Positions 9,761 through 20,883 of a stretch of DNA of 64,000 nt are shown here, one piece after another (the first letter of the stretch is position 1; each line of letters begins with the position of its first letter). Below the pieces are notes generated by a model, which made no database searches, was not told where the DNA came from, and saw nothing but the letters and a program-made list of their open reading frames with translations. Both the position numbers and the translations under genes were made by a program. The stretch spans positions 3,261-67,260 of the forward strand of contig RFOZ01000001.1 of NCBI GenBank assembly GCA_009926405.1. Direction: 5' to 3'. Source of the DNA: Cytophagia bacterium. Lineage in GTDB: Bacteria > Bacteroidota > Bacteroidia > UBA7662.

Positions 9761-11569
9761 ATGACGCCACTCAGTAATTTTCAATTCAGTTTGGGATCAA
9801 ACCCAGGTGCCATCATCAAGGTTATCGGCATTGGTGGAGCCGGGGGAAACGCCGTCAATCATATGTTCCAAAAAGGAATCAAAGATGTTGATTTCCTGGT
9901 CTGTAACACCGATTATCAGGCCTTGGAACGCAATCTGGTGCGGAATCGCCTGCAATTGGGTCCCAACCTGACCGAAGGCCGTGGAGCAGGCAATCAACCC
10001 GAAATTGGGCGTAAGGCCGCGGTGGAAACCATGGAAGAATTCAAAGAGCTCATTGGTAGGGAAACCAAGATGGTCTTTATTACAGCAGGGCTGGGTGGTG
10101 GAACGGGCACCGGTGCGGCCCCTGTTTTGGCGGAGGCTTGTCGGGCCCTGGACATTTTGACCGTGGGTATTGTTACGCTGCCATTTTCCTTTGAAGGCAA
10201 GAAGCGACTTGAGCAGGCCGAAATTGGCTTAAAGGAATTGCGCCGATTTTGCGATACAACCTTGGTTATCAGCAACGACAAGGTACGCGAGCTGTTTGGA
10301 AACCTGGTTTTCAAAGATGCCTTTGCCAAGGCAGACGATGTTTTGGCTTCAGCGGCCAAAGGCATTGCCGAGATTATTACCGTCGATGGGTATGTCAATG
10401 TTGATTTTGCCGATGTTCGAACCGTTTTGCAGCAGAGCGGAAAAGCAGTGATGGGTTCGGGTCAGGCCAGCGGCGAGAACCGTGCCTTGGAGGCGGTTCG
10501 ATTGGCCTTGTCATCCCCCTTGCTAAGCGAGAATGATATATCGGGTGCCCGCAATATTCTGATTAACATGAGCAGTGGGAATGAAGACCCGATTCGATTG
10601 GATGAAATCGGGGAAATTAACGATTATGTTCAAACCGAAGCGGGTTCAGGTACGGATGTTATTTGGGGGAATTGCACGGACGATGAATTGGGCGATGCTT
10701 TGAGGGTAACCTTAATTGCCACCGGCTTTGAGGGGGATAACCGCCGCGATTACGGTTGGTCGGGTGCAAACACTGGTGTGGTTTGGCAGCCGGTCTTAGA
10801 CGAGAAACCACCCGTTATCGTTCACGAACTTGATAAGCCCGAGCCAGCACCTGATCAAGTTCTCCAGGAAGAAACCTTGCCCATGTTCACGTTGATTGAC
10901 GATGAATTTATGGACGATGATGAGAATGGTGGAACAGACAGCACCACGCCCCCTCCGGGCCCTGTAGCCCCTGCCCAAGCGGTTGATCAAGGTTCCCACG
11001 ATTTGTTCACCCGTGTATGGAATTTCGATGATACTGCTTCGCCCTTTGATTCGGAACATCAAAGCAACGATCGGAACGAGGAGCCGGTGGCCTCCTTGGC
11101 ATCCTCGGCAAAGGAGGTCGTAGACGAGGTTAACCCCTTCTTTGGATACGATGGTCCTGTGGAATGGGACCTCGCCCCGTTGAAGGTTGAAAGCAACAAC
11201 ACTGCAAGTTCGGACACGTCGTTTTCTGAGGCTGAAAAAGGCAATCCAACGCCAGCCGCTACCCATACACCGTCGGTGGAGCCATTGCCCGTTTATGCCA
11301 ACGGTCCGTCCGATGAAGATGTCTTAACGCGCTCTCGCTCGCGCATTCAGAATTTAAGGAATCTGAATTCTTTGCTATCCGGTGGGAATGTCGCACTCGA
11401 AGAACTAGAAAAAGTTCCGGCCTATGTCAGGGCTGGGTATCAACCCGCACCGGCTGCTTCGAGTTCGGACCTACCTTTAAGCCGCACAACGGTGACGGAT
11501 CGGCCTTTGGGTTCGGGTGGCCCCCTTCTCAAAACCGATAACCGCTATTTGCACGATAACGTTGATTAG
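9761..11569 (+). CDS. ftsZ: cell division GTPase FtsZ with long C-terminal linker
   Basis: Tubulin signature GGGTGTG and typical FtsZ core. Roughly 250 aa acidic low-complexity C-terminal extension. Confidence 0.95.
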   Translation: MTPLSNFQFSLGSNPGAIIKVIGIGGAGGNAVNHMFQKGIKDVDFLVCNTDYQALERNLVRNRLQLGPNLTEGRGAGNQPEIGRKAAVETMEEFKELIGRETKMVFITAGLGGGTGTGAAPVLAEACRALDILTVGIVTLPFSFEGKKRLEQAEIGLKELRRFCDTTLVISNDKVRELFGNLVFKDAFAKADDVLASAAKGIAEIITVDGYVNVDFADVRTVLQQSGKAVMGSGQASGENRALEAVRLALSSPLLSENDISGARNILINMSSGNEDPIRLDEIGEINDYVQTEAGSGTDVIWGNCTDDELGDALRVTLIATGFEGDNRRDYGWSGANTGVVWQPVLDEKPPVIVHELDKPEPAPDQVLQEETLPMFTLIDDEFMDDDENGGTDSTTPPPGPVAPAQAVDQGSHDLFTRVWNFDDTASPFDSEHQSNDRNEEPVASLASSAKEVVDEVNPFFGYDGPVEWDLAPLKVESNNTASSDTSFSEAEKGNPTPAATHTPSVEPLPVYANGPSDEDVLTRSRSRIQNLRNLNSLLSGGNVALEELEKVPAYVRAGYQPAPAASSSDLPLSRTTVTDRPLGSGGPLLKTDNRYLHDNVD

Positions 11570-11601
11570 TTTGATTCCTCTGCACAACCACCCTGTTAAA
11601 G

Positions 11602-12705
11602 ATGAACATAAGCATCCTCAAAGAAGCAAACCCTGAACACCGGGTATCGGCCACTCCGGAATTGGTGCAAGCGTGGGTTAAAAAAGGGCACAGGGTGTGG
11701 GTCGAAACAGGTGCAGGTCTCGAAGCGGCTTATTCCGATGAGGCCTATGCGGAAGCAGGGGCCCAGGGCGGTTCCAGGGACCAATTTCCACTTGATACCG
11801 AAGTCTTGGTTACGGTCAATTGCCCAACGGAACTTCCAGCTTCTGGTTTAAGGTGGTTGATTGGCACTTTGTCCCCGGCCCGCCATCGTTCTTTGTTGGA
11901 ATCCTGGGTGCCGTCCGGTCTTACCATCCTGAGTTTGGACGCCTTGCCTAGAATTACCCGCGCGCAGAATATGGATGTCCTTTCCAGCCAAGCATCTTTG
12001 GGTGGGTATCATGCTGTGATCGAAGCCGCGGCCCTTTTGCCCCGATGTTTTCCGATGATGATGACGGCCGCAGGGACCGTGGTGCCTGCCAGGGTTCTGG
12101 TTATCGGAGCCGGGGTGGCTGGCTTGCAGGCCATTGCCACTGCCAAGCGATTGGGTGCGGTGGTTGTTGCCTTTGATACACGTCCATCGGTGAAAGAACA
12201 GGTGGAAAGCCTGGGTGGACATTTCATTGAAGTCGAAGGAGCCGTGGAGGATCGTGGTGCGGGGGGGTATGCTGTGCAGCAAAGCGAAGACTACCGACGC
12301 CGACAACAGGAACGCTTGAACGAAGAGCTCCTCAAAGCCGACGTTGTGATTACCACGGCTCAAATACCTGGTCAACGAGCCCCTGTTTTGATTTCTTCTC
12401 CTATGTTGAACCGCATGAAAGCCGGTTCTGTTGTTATGGACCTAGCAGCCGCCGGTGGCGGTAACTGCGAAGGGACGGTGGATGGTCAGAATATTCGGTT
12501 GGGCCAGGCCTTGGTCTGTGGACGATCGGCCCCTGCTTCGGCCAAGGCCCAAGATGCGAGCCGGATGTACTCCAGGAATTTACTTGCCTTTACCTCTTTG
12601 CTGGAATCGGATGACCCCTCCAAGTGGGCTCTTGTCAGCGATGAAATCGTAACCGCCTGTTGCCTGGCCCACCAAGGGAGCGGGCAGGGCCTACTCGCCT
12701 CGTAG
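11602..12705 (+). CDS. pntAA: NAD(P) transhydrogenase alpha subunit, part 1 (dI domain)
   Basis: Alanine-dehydrogenase/PNT-like fold with NAD-binding VIGAGVAGLQA. Followed by a small membrane alpha part 2 and then the beta subunit. Confidence 0.8.
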   Translation: MNISILKEANPEHRVSATPELVQAWVKKGHRVWVETGAGLEAAYSDEAYAEAGAQGGSRDQFPLDTEVLVTVNCPTELPASGLRWLIGTLSPARHRSLLESWVPSGLTILSLDALPRITRAQNMDVLSSQASLGGYHAVIEAAALLPRCFPMMMTAAGTVVPARVLVIGAGVAGLQAIATAKRLGAVVVAFDTRPSVKEQVESLGGHFIEVEGAVEDRGAGGYAVQQSEDYRRRQQERLNEELLKADVVITTAQIPGQRAPVLISSPMLNRMKAGSVVMDLAAAGGGNCEGTVDGQNIRLGQALVCGRSAPASAKAQDASRMYSRNLLAFTSLLESDDPSKWALVSDEIVTACCLAHQGSGQGLLAS

Positions 12706-12729
12706 CATATTGGTTTAAATCAGGAAACA

Positions 12730-13050
12730 ATGGAATGGAGTTTACAGGATTTCCCAACACTGATTAACAGTGTTTTACCCCACCTATACCTGCTTTTGCT
12801 CGCTGTTTTTCTGGGCATTGAGGTGATTGGTCGAGTGCCACAGGTGCTGCACACCCCCCTCATGTCCGGGTCCAACGCCCTCTCCGGGGTCGTGGTGGTG
12901 GGTTCCATTCTTATGGTTGGCAAGGCTGAGCAGGCCCCTTGGCCCGTTTTGGTTTTGGGATGCTTATCCTTGGTTTTGGCTACCGTGAACGTGGTCGGTG
13001 GTTTTGCCGTTACCGGGCGTATGCTCAACATGTTCCGCAAAAAGAAATAA
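12730..13050 (+). CDS. pntAB: NAD(P) transhydrogenase alpha subunit, part 2 (membrane)
   Basis: 106 aa, three predicted TM helices. Canonical position between pntAA and pntB. Confidence 0.75.
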   Translation: MEWSLQDFPTLINSVLPHLYLLLLAVFLGIEVIGRVPQVLHTPLMSGSNALSGVVVVGSILMVGKAEQAPWPVLVLGCLSLVLATVNVVGGFAVTGRMLNMFRKKK

Positions 13051-13051
13051 C

Positions 13052-14482
13052 ATGGAAACAATGATGGAGGTTGGCTACCTGGTAGCCCTTGTTTGTTTTG
13101 TGTTGGGAATAAAAGGCATGAGCGATCCGGCGACCTCTAACCGCGGTAATGGGATTCTGGCCCTGGGGATGGCTTTGGCCACCTTGGTGACCCTTTTTCT
13201 TCCAGGGCTCGCGAATCTACCGTATATATTGGGCTCCTTGGTTTTGGGGTCTTGGATAGGTCTGCGAATGTCCGCTCAGGCCAAAATGACCGAAATGCCC
13301 CAGATGGTCTCTTTACTCAACGGCTTTGGAGGTTTGGCAGCCGCCTTGGTGGCCTTGGCCGAAGTGGTGGATTTGTTGTACGGGGAAGGGCTGCTACGCT
13401 TGCTGACCGAAACATCGGGAATGGGGTCTATGGGTTCCTATTACCTGGTTTTTTATATTGTCACTTTGATGATCAGCTTATCGGTTGGTGGAATCTCCTT
13501 TACCGGTTCTGTAATGGCCATGGCCAAACTGGACGGTAAGGTCAGTGGTCAGCCCATTCGCTTCCCACTGCAGGGCTTGGTTACCAACGGCCTTCTCTTG
13601 GTTCAGGTTTTACTGATTGTGGGGATGGTTTTGTTTCCAACATATGCGGAGCCCATGGTTTACCTCCTGCTGGCCTTGTCCCTGGTCTATGGGGTGCTCT
13701 TCGTGTTGCCGATTGGCGGGGCGGACATGCCGGTGGTCATTTCTTTTTTGAATTCCCTAACCGGTCTAACCGCGGCTACCACGGGTTTGTTGTTTGACAA
13801 CCGTGCCATGTTGATGGGCGGTGTTCTGGTGGGCGCATCGGGTGTGTACCTGACGGTCCTCATGTGCAAAGCCATGAACCGTACCCTGGGGGCGGTCTTG
13901 CTGGGTCAGTTTAATGCATCGGGTTCGGTTGCCGGTCGTGAAATCAGTGGTCAAATCCGGGAGATAGGCACCTACGATGCCGCGGTTTTGTTGGCTTATT
14001 CATCCAGGGTGGTGGTGGTGCCTGGATACGGAATGGCGGTTGCTCAGGCCCAACACCCCATGCATGAACTCGAGAAACTCCTTGTTTCGAAAGGGGTCGA
14101 ATGCCGTTATGCCATCCACCCCGTGGCCGGCCGTATGCCCGGTCACATGAACGTTCTGCTGGCCGAAGCCGATGTTTCCTACGATTTACTGATGGAAATG
14201 GAGGCCATTAACCCGGAATTCCCCCAGACCGATGTGGTGGTAGTGGTTGGTGCAAACGATGTGGTCAACCCGGCTGCCGAGAACGATCCAGGCTCTCCCG
14301 TTTACGGCATGCCAATCCTCAAGGCTTACCAGGCCAAGAACATCATCGTAATCAAGCGCTCCATGGCGGCAGGTTATGCCGGTGTTGAGAACGAGCTTTT
14401 TTACGATCCCAAAACCCGCATGCTCTTTGGGGATGCCAAGGCCGTTTTGTCGGAGTTGATTCAGGCCGTGAAGGGTTTGTAA
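13052..14482 (+). CDS. pntB: NAD(P) transhydrogenase beta subunit
   Basis: Start at METMMEVGY immediately after the pntAB stop. Membrane N-terminal half and NADP-binding dIII C-terminal half (VVVPGYGMAVAQAQH, VVVGANDVVNPAA). Confidence 0.85.
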   Translation: METMMEVGYLVALVCFVLGIKGMSDPATSNRGNGILALGMALATLVTLFLPGLANLPYILGSLVLGSWIGLRMSAQAKMTEMPQMVSLLNGFGGLAAALVALAEVVDLLYGEGLLRLLTETSGMGSMGSYYLVFYIVTLMISLSVGGISFTGSVMAMAKLDGKVSGQPIRFPLQGLVTNGLLLVQVLLIVGMVLFPTYAEPMVYLLLALSLVYGVLFVLPIGGADMPVVISFLNSLTGLTAATTGLLFDNRAMLMGGVLVGASGVYLTVLMCKAMNRTLGAVLLGQFNASGSVAGREISGQIREIGTYDAAVLLAYSSRVVVVPGYGMAVAQAQHPMHELEKLLVSKGVECRYAIHPVAGRMPGHMNVLLAEADVSYDLLMEMEAINPEFPQTDVVVVVGANDVVNPAAENDPGSPVYGMPILKAYQAKNIIVIKRSMAAGYAGVENELFYDPKTRMLFGDAKAVLSELIQAVKGL

Positions 14483-14663
14483 GGGGTGGACCTGCCAAGG
14501 CTTTTGCAAGTTTGCTGCCTGGTTCCAGCTCCCAAAAATTATTTTTGGTTTTACTACAAAAGGTGCAATTTTTGAGGAGCCGAACGTTTGTGCTTTCGGG
14601 CTCAACTTTACGCATCAACCGCCCACCTTTTTTGTTATTCTGTCCAAAATTTACCCCTTACTC

Positions 14664-15953
14664 ATGTCCTCCTCCAACGCTGAACTCCATTACAACGGTC
14701 AGATTTACCCCTTGCCTCTTTTGGTTGGTACCGAAAACGAACCGGCCGTCGATATTTCCAAACTGCGGGACGATACCGGGTTGGTGACGTTGGACATTGG
14801 TTACAAGAACACAGGCGCCACCAAGAGCGCCATCACCTTCATTGACGGTGATGCCGGGATTTTGAGCTATCGAGGGTACCCTATTGAGCAATTGGCGGCG
14901 AATTCCAGTTTTATGGAGGTCTCTTACCTTTTGCTTTACGGGGAATTGCCGACCATGGCTCAATTGGAGACCTTTAATCATAGCATCACGCACAGGACCC
15001 TGGTCCACGAAAATATCAAGAAGTTTTTGGATGCCTACCCGGCATCGACCCATCCCATGGGGGTTTTGATGAGCACCATTGCGTCGCTCTCCAGTTTTTA
15101 CCCTAATTCCTTGATTGCGAACCGTCCGATGGCCGATATGGACCGGACCTACCACCGCTTGATCGCCAAAATGGCCACCATCGCGGCGTGGACCTACAAA
15201 AAATCACTGGGGCACCCCTACATGTACCCCAACAACAAGCTAGACTATGTCAGCAATTTCCTCCAAATGATGTTCGGGCACCGAACGGAGGATTATATCG
15301 CGGATCCGGTCGTGGTTGATGCCTTGAACAAATTGTTGATTCTCCACGCCGACCACGAGCAAAACTGCTCCGCGTCCACCGTACGCATGGTCGGATCTTC
15401 GCATGCCAATATTTATGCGGCTGTTGCTGCCGGGGTAGGGGCCTTGTGGGGTCCATTGCACGGTGGTGCTAACCAAGCGGTCATCGAAATGTTGGAGCAA
15501 ATCCGGGCCGATGGTGGGCAGGTTTCTAAGTTTGTGGCCAAGGCCAAGGACAAAAACGACCCCTTCCGCCTCATGGGCTTTGGTCACAGAGTTTACAAGA
15601 ATTTTGATCCCCGGGCCCGCATTATCAAAGAAGCCTGCGATCAGGTCTTGAACAAATTGGGCGTCAACGACCCGGTACTGGACATCGCCAAACAATTAGA
15701 AACCACCGCATTGCAAGACGATTACTTTATCGAGCGGAAATTGTATCCCAATGTGGATTTCTACTCCGGGATCATTTACCGTGCGATTGGTATCCCCACC
15801 GACATGTTTACGGTCATGTTTGCCTTGGGTCGTTTGCCGGGCTGGATTGCCCAGTGGAAAGAGATGCGAGAACTCAACGAGCCGATAGGTAGGCCACGGC
15901 AGGTTTATGTAGGCCATCCCCGCAGGGACTATTTGCCCATTACCAAGCGCTGA
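14664..15953 (+). CDS. gltA: citrate synthase (type II)
   Basis: 429 aa with citrate synthase signatures (GFGHRVYK, HADHEQNCSASTVR). Confidence 0.92.
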   Translation: MSSSNAELHYNGQIYPLPLLVGTENEPAVDISKLRDDTGLVTLDIGYKNTGATKSAITFIDGDAGILSYRGYPIEQLAANSSFMEVSYLLLYGELPTMAQLETFNHSITHRTLVHENIKKFLDAYPASTHPMGVLMSTIASLSSFYPNSLIANRPMADMDRTYHRLIAKMATIAAWTYKKSLGHPYMYPNNKLDYVSNFLQMMFGHRTEDYIADPVVVDALNKLLILHADHEQNCSASTVRMVGSSHANIYAAVAAGVGALWGPLHGGANQAVIEMLEQIRADGGQVSKFVAKAKDKNDPFRLMGFGHRVYKNFDPRARIIKEACDQVLNKLGVNDPVLDIAKQLETTALQDDYFIERKLYPNVDFYSGIIYRAIGIPTDMFTVMFALGRLPGWIAQWKEMRELNEPIGRPRQVYVGHPRRDYLPITKR

Positions 15954-15975
15954 TTTCCCCCGCTTTGCCCCACAC

Positions 15976-16000
15976 TTCCCCTCAAAGGGGAGGCGTTTTC
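15976..16000. terminator. short GC hairpin plus T-run between convergent gltA and aminopeptidase genes
   Basis: CCCC-tcaaa-GGGG stem-loop followed by GTTTTCTTT. Lies between two convergent stop codons. Confidence 0.35.
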
Positions 16001-16001
16001 T

Positions 16002-17306
16002 TTAGTTTCTGTGGGCGCTTTGGTAGGCCTCTTCGATTTCGTCGGTCCGTATGGGCAAATCCTTCATTAAATCAACAGGTCCGGAAGCGCTGACGACGAT
16101 GTCGTTTTCAATTCGAATCCCCAGCCCTTCTTCGGGAATGTAAAGACCGGGCTCGCAGGTGATGACCATCCCTTCCTGAAGGGATTCGTAACGGGCTCCA
16201 ACATCGTGGACATCCAAACCAAGGAAATGCCCCGTGCCGTGGGGAAAATACCTTTTGTAGGCCGGTGATTTGGGGTCCTGTTTGGCAACCTCTTCGGGGC
16301 TGATAAGTCCCAAGCGCAGAACCGCATCCTGCATGATGAGGGCCGATTCCTGGTTGTAATCGTTCAGGCTGCGGCCGGGTCGTAGCAAATCCATTGCCTG
16401 GCGTTGTACGTCCAGAACGGCATCGTAAACTTCTTTTTGCCGGGGCGTAAATCGGCCGTTGACCGGAATGCAGCGGGTTAAATCAGCGGCATAATGAGCG
16501 TAGGATGCGCCAAAGTCCATCAACAAGAGGTCACCATCCTTGCATGCACCTGCATTGCGGGTGTAATGGAGAATGCAGGCCTTCGACCCCGAGGCAATAA
16601 TGGGCTCAAAACTAAAACCTTCGGCCCCCTGTCCCAGGATTGACCCTGCCAGGGCAGCCTCGACCTGGTATTCCATGCAGCCTGGCTTTAGCACTTTGAG
16701 ACCCTGCAGGAGGGCGTTGTGGGTAATTGCTATGGCTTTTTGGAGAGCCTGAACTTCTTCTTGGCTCTTGACGGCCCTTAAGCGGTCCAAGGTTGGGGAT
16801 GCCCGATGAAAACGATGCAAAGGAAATTCACTGATCAAACGACTGACCAGGCGTTGGGTGGCGGAACGAACAGGGGAGGCAGAGGCCCGGTCGTTTTCGT
16901 TCAAGGCAAGGTGAAGGTCGGTGGCGTATTTGGCCTGGGTCCACAAAACAGTCTCAAAATCCTTTTCCCAGAGGACTTGGGTAATGCCTGACAAGGCCGC
17001 AGCCTCCGCCTGGCTGTGCCGAGGGCCCTCCCAAACAGCCAATTCGGGGCTGGTTTCCCGTACAAAGAGGACTTCTCGGTAAGCGGGGTTGGGGCAATCG
17101 GGGAACAAAAGCAGGGCTGTAAGCTCCTGATCGATGCCGCTCAGCCAATACAAATTGGAATCCGGGCGGTAGGGGTGGTAGGCGTCTCCATTGGCAGGAA
17201 CTTGGTCGGAGGCTACAAAAACGGCCATCGAACCGCGACCCAAGGAGGCGACAAAGCGGGCACGGTTAGCCACAAAAACAGAAGAATCGAGGGGTTGATA
17301 GCGCAT
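16002..17306 (-). CDS. M24B family Xaa-Pro aminopeptidase
   Basis: Creatinase/prolidase N-terminal domain plus metal-binding motifs (HGTGHFLGLDVHD, DFGASYAHYAAD). Start placed at the MRYQPLDSS Met inside the longer alternative-start ORF. Confidence 0.8.
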   Translation of the reverse strand: MRYQPLDSSVFVANRARFVASLGRGSMAVFVASDQVPANGDAYHPYRPDSNLYWLSGIDQELTALLLFPDCPNPAYREVLFVRETSPELAVWEGPRHSQAEAAALSGITQVLWEKDFETVLWTQAKYATDLHLALNENDRASASPVRSATQRLVSRLISEFPLHRFHRASPTLDRLRAVKSQEEVQALQKAIAITHNALLQGLKVLKPGCMEYQVEAALAGSILGQGAEGFSFEPIIASGSKACILHYTRNAGACKDGDLLLMDFGASYAHYAADLTRCIPVNGRFTPRQKEVYDAVLDVQRQAMDLLRPGRSLNDYNQESALIMQDAVLRLGLISPEEVAKQDPKSPAYKRYFPHGTGHFLGLDVHDVGARYESLQEGMVITCEPGLYIPEEGLGIRIENDIVVSASGPVDLMKDLPIRTDEIEEAYQSAHRN

Positions 17307-17489
17307 AACGGGGTTTTCTAGGGGGAGGAAGCAAAGGTAAGAGGAGCGTTTTGATTGTGGATAAAGGCCCCGGAATCCCCCATTTTGTTTAAAAAAATGG
17401 CCGATACCTTTGGATTTACACACAAAACCCTCTACTTTTGCACTCCCTCAAAAATAGGGGTCGGACAACGATACCAGAAACCAAACACC

Positions 17490-17897
17490 ATGCCTACCAT
17501 TCAGCAATTGGTCAAAAACGGCCGGGAACACAAGGCGGACAAGAGCAAATCTCCTGCCTTGGACTCCTGCCCTCAGCGTCGCGGGGTCTGTACCCGTGTC
17601 TACACGACCACTCCCAAGAAGCCCAATTCAGCCATGCGCAAAGTGGCCCGTGTGCGTTTGACCAACCAAAAGGAGGTCAACGCCTACATTCCCGGTGAGG
17701 GTCACAACCTGCAGGAGCACTCCATCGTGTTAATCCGCGGTGGTCGTGTGAAGGACCTGCCCGGTGTACGCTACCATATTATTCGTGGTGCTTTGGATAC
17801 GGCCGGTGTGAATGGCCGCAAACAGGGTCGCTCCAAATACGGAGCCAAGGCCAAGCAGGCCGCAGCGCCAACCAAAGGCAAAGGCGGTAAAAAGTAA
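17490..17897 (+). CDS. rpsL: 30S ribosomal protein S12
   Basis: [13 protein letters not shown]... with the conserved PKKPNSA and RGG(R)[10 protein letters not shown] motifs. Start at the internal ATG of the longer TTG ORF. Confidence 0.95.
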   Translation: MPTIQQLVKNGREHKADKSKSPALDSCPQRRGVCTRVYTTTPKKPNSAMRKVARVRLTNQKEVNAYIPGEGHNLQEHSIVLIRGGRVKDLPGVRYHIIRGALDTAGVNGRKQGRSKYGAKAKQAAAPTKGKGGKK

Positions 17898-17918
17898 TTT
17901 GATTATCAAGGTAAAGTC

Positions 17919-18386
17919 ATGAGAAAAACCTCCGCCAAGAAGCGCTATGTTGAACCGGACCCCAAATTCCGGGATGAAATCGTTACCAAGTTCATCAACA
18001 ATCTGATGTACGATGGGAAGAAGAGCACGGCCAGTCAGATTTTTTACCTGGCCGTTGAGAACATCGAAAAGAAATTATCAGAGCCTGGTATCGAAGTATG
18101 GCGTCGTGCACTGAACAACGTTATGCCTTCTGTTGAAGTCAAGAGCCGCCGCGTAGGGGGTTCCACTTTTCAGGTCCCCGTTGAAGTAAAGCCCAATCGT
18201 AAGCAAGCCTTGGGCATGCGTTGGTTGATTGGTTACGCCCGCAAGCGCAATGAAAAGACCATGACCGATAAACTAGCCGCTGAAATCATTGCCGCCTCCA
18301 AAGGCGAAGGTGCTGCGGTCAAGAAAAAAGAAGACACCTATCGTATGGCCGAAGCCAACAAAGCATTCTCCCATTTCCGATTCTAA
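17919..18386 (+). CDS. rpsG: 30S ribosomal protein S7
   Basis: 155 aa. Typical S7 sequence (MRK...RYVEPDPKF...). str operon order. Confidence 0.95.
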   Translation: MRKTSAKKRYVEPDPKFRDEIVTKFINNLMYDGKKSTASQIFYLAVENIEKKLSEPGIEVWRRALNNVMPSVEVKSRRVGGSTFQVPVEVKPNRKQALGMRWLIGYARKRNEKTMTDKLAAEIIAASKGEGAAVKKKEDTYRMAEANKAFSHFRF

Positions 18387-18431
18387 TTCCAACCGATTCC
18401 AACCCCTAGCTACGGCTCATACCCCATTACC

Positions 18432-20564
18432 ATGTCACAGAAGGATTTAGGCTTCACCCGCAATATTGGAATCGCGGCCCATATTGACGCCGGCAAGACC
18501 ACGACCACCGAGCGTGTTCTGTATTATACCGGCATGACCCACAAAATCGGTGAGGTTCACGACGGTGCTGCGACCATGGACTGGATGGCCCAAGAGCAGG
18601 AGCGTGGTATTACGATTACCTCCGCTGCTACCAAGACTTCTTGGAAATGGCAAGACAAGGAGTACGCCGTTAATATTATTGATACCCCCGGTCACGTTGA
18701 TTTTACCGTAGAGGTAAACCGTTCCCTCCGTGTCTTGGATGGTCTGGTTTTCTTGTTTTCAGCAGTCGATGGGGTCGAGCCTCAGTCCGAAACCAATTGG
18801 CGCCTCGCCGACAACTACAAAGTACCCCGTTTGGGTTTTGTAAACAAAATGGACCGTCAAGGTTCTGATTTTTTCAAAGTCTGCCAGCAGGTCAAGGATA
18901 TGCTCGGTTCCAATGCTGTTCCGATTCAGATTCCCATCGGCGAAGAAGAGCATTTCAAAGGTGTCATTGATTTGATTACCAACCAGGCCATTGTTTGGGA
19001 CGAGGCCTCCAAAGGCATGACTTTTCAGGTGATTGAAACACCGGCTGATTTAGTCGAAGAAGCCCATCGCTACCGCCAGCAGCTCATCGAGGTTTGTGCC
19101 GAATACGATGACGCCTTAATGGAAAAGTTTTTTGACGATCCTGATTCCATTACGCAAGAAGAAATCCGGTCGGCACTCCGCAAAGCGGTGTGTGACCAGA
19201 AAGTCGTCCCCATGCTATGTGGATCAGCCTTCAAAAACAAAGGTGTTCAAGCCGTGCTCGATGCAGTGTGCGCTTTCTTGCCTGCCCCAATTGATCAGGA
19301 AGCGGTGACCGGGACCAATCCCAAAACCGACGCCGAAGAAACACGTAAGCCCTCCATTGACGCTCCTTTTTGTGCTTTGGCTTTCAAAGTAGCTACGGAT
19401 CCTTTCGTTGGACGCCTGGTATTCTTCCGGGTTTACAGCGGTCGTTTGGATGCGGGGTCCTATGTTTTGAAGGTCCGCAATGAGCCGGACAAGGGTATTG
19501 TTATGGAAAAAGAGCGGATTTCCCGCCTCTTCCAGATGCATGCCAACGATCGCAAGGCCATTGATTTCGTAGAGGCCGGTGACATCTGTGCTGCCGTTGG
19601 TTTCAAGGATATCAAAACGGGTGACACCCTCTGCGCCGAAAATGCTCCCATCATTTTGGAAGCGATGCAATTCCCCGATCCGGTTATCGGATTGGCGATT
19701 GAACCCAAAACCCAGGCTGATTCCGATAAATTGGGAACAGCCCTCGCCAAATTGGCGGAGGAAGATCCCACTTTCAAGGTCAAAACAGACGAGGACACCG
19801 GACAAACCATCATTTCGGGTATGGGCGAATTGCACCTCGAAATCATTGTGGATCGTCTTCGCCGTGAATTCAAGGTGGAATGCAACCAGGGCGCACCCCA
19901 GGTTAACTACAAGGAGGCCATCACAACGTCCGTTACCCACCGTGAAGTCTACAAAAAGCAAACAGGTGGTCGCGGTAAGTTCGCGGACATTTTTGTGGAA
20001 ATCATGCCGGGGGATCCTGAAAAAGCAGGTCTTGAATTTGTGAATGAAATCGTCGGTGGATCCGTTCCACGTGAATTTATTCCTTCGGTCGAAAAGGGCT
20101 TTGCTGCCGCCATGGCCAACGGTGTACTCGCCGGATTTACCATGGATACCCTCAAGGTTCGCCTTTTTGATGGTAGTTTTCACGCCGTTGACTCGGATTC
20201 GTTGTCCTTTGAAATCGCAGCCCGCACGGCTTTCCGTGAGGCTTGCCGCAAAGCCAACCCAATCCTCCTCGAGCCGATCATGAAAGTGGAGGTCATCACC
20301 CCTGAAGATTACATGGGCGATGTTATCGGGGACTTGAACAAGCGACGTGGTCAGATGCAAGGCATGGATTCCCGTAACGGTGCTCAGGTCATCAAAGCCC
20401 AGGTTCCTTTGGCGGAGATGTTTGGCTATGTGACCGTTTTGCGGACCCTTACATCCGGTCGCGCCACTTCTACCATGGAGTTCTCGCATTACGCTGAAAC
20501 CCCTAAGAATATTTCTGAAGACGTCTTGGCCAAGTACAAGGCCATGAAAGCCGAAAAAGATTAA
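18432..20564 (+). CDS. fusA: elongation factor G
   Basis: 710 aa. G-domain motifs [21 protein letters not shown]. Confidence 0.97.
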   Translation: MSQKDLGFTRNIGIAAHIDAGKTTTTERVLYYTGMTHKIGEVHDGAATMDWMAQEQERGITITSAATKTSWKWQDKEYAVNIIDTPGHVDFTVEVNRSLRVLDGLVFLFSAVDGVEPQSETNWRLADNYKVPRLGFVNKMDRQGSDFFKVCQQVKDMLGSNAVPIQIPIGEEEHFKGVIDLITNQAIVWDEASKGMTFQVIETPADLVEEAHRYRQQLIEVCAEYDDALMEKFFDDPDSITQEEIRSALRKAVCDQKVVPMLCGSAFKNKGVQAVLDAVCAFLPAPIDQEAVTGTNPKTDAEETRKPSIDAPFCALAFKVATDPFVGRLVFFRVYSGRLDAGSYVLKVRNEPDKGIVMEKERISRLFQMHANDRKAIDFVEAGDICAAVGFKDIKTGDTLCAENAPIILEAMQFPDPVIGLAIEPKTQADSDKLGTALAKLAEEDPTFKVKTDEDTGQTIISGMGELHLEIIVDRLRREFKVECNQGAPQVNYKEAITTSVTHREVYKKQTGGRGKFADIFVEIMPGDPEKAGLEFVNEIVGGSVPREFIPSVEKGFAAAMANGVLAGFTMDTLKVRLFDGSFHAVDSDSLSFEIAARTAFREACRKANPILLEPIMKVEVITPEDYMGDVIGDLNKRRGQMQGMDSRNGAQVIKAQVPLAEMFGYVTVLRTLTSGRATSTMEFSHYAETPKNISEDVLAKYKAMKAEKD

Positions 20565-20573
20565 ACCGCCGTT

Positions 20574-20879
20574 ATGAGCCATCGTATTCGCATCAAACTC
20601 AAATCCTACGATCACAACTTGGTCGATAAATCGGCGGAGAAGATCGTTAAGACCGTCAAAATGACGGGCGCCGTTGTGAGCGGTCCTATTCCTTTGCCGA
20701 CCGAAAAGAAAATCTTTACCGTGCTCAAATCACCGCACGTTAACAAAAAAGCCCGTGAGCAATTTCAACTCTGCTCTTACAAGCGGGTAATGGATATCCA
20801 TAGTTCTTCGTCCAAGACCGTGGATGCTCTTATGAAGCTGGAATTGCCCAGCGGTGTGGACGTCGAAATCAAAGTCTAA
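20574..20879 (+). CDS. rpsJ: 30S ribosomal protein S10
   Basis: 101 aa beginning [14 protein letters not shown], classic S10. No tuf between fusA and rpsJ. Confidence 0.95.
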   Translation: MSHRIRIKLKSYDHNLVDKSAEKIVKTVKMTGAVVSGPIPLPTEKKIFTVLKSPHVNKKAREQFQLCSYKRVMDIHSSSSKTVDALMKLELPSGVDVEIKV

Positions 20880-20883
20880 CGCT

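Noticed and set aside
11602-12705. Alternative call of this ORF as alanine dehydrogenase
   Set aside because: Followed immediately by a 106-aa three-TM protein and a PntB-like beta subunit. The three-gene arrangement fits the split-alpha transhydrogenase better than Ald.
17278-17345. Apparent local frame disagreement when hand-translating the aminopeptidase gene 5' region against the supplied ORF translation, which looked like a possible frameshift or pseudogene
   Set aside because: Two compensating 2-nt discrepancies about 60 nt apart, exactly at a line boundary of the displayed sequence. This is most likely a reading or formatting issue on my side rather than a biological frameshift. The ORF track gives an intact 473-aa ORF, so the gene is called intact. 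Coordinates in this 60-nt stretch may be off by 2.
19224-20615. 463-aa ORF on the minus strand spanning most of fusA
   Set aside because: Antisense shadow ORF inside the highly conserved EF-G gene. No motifs. Typical of a stop-poor reverse frame in a GC-rich coding region.
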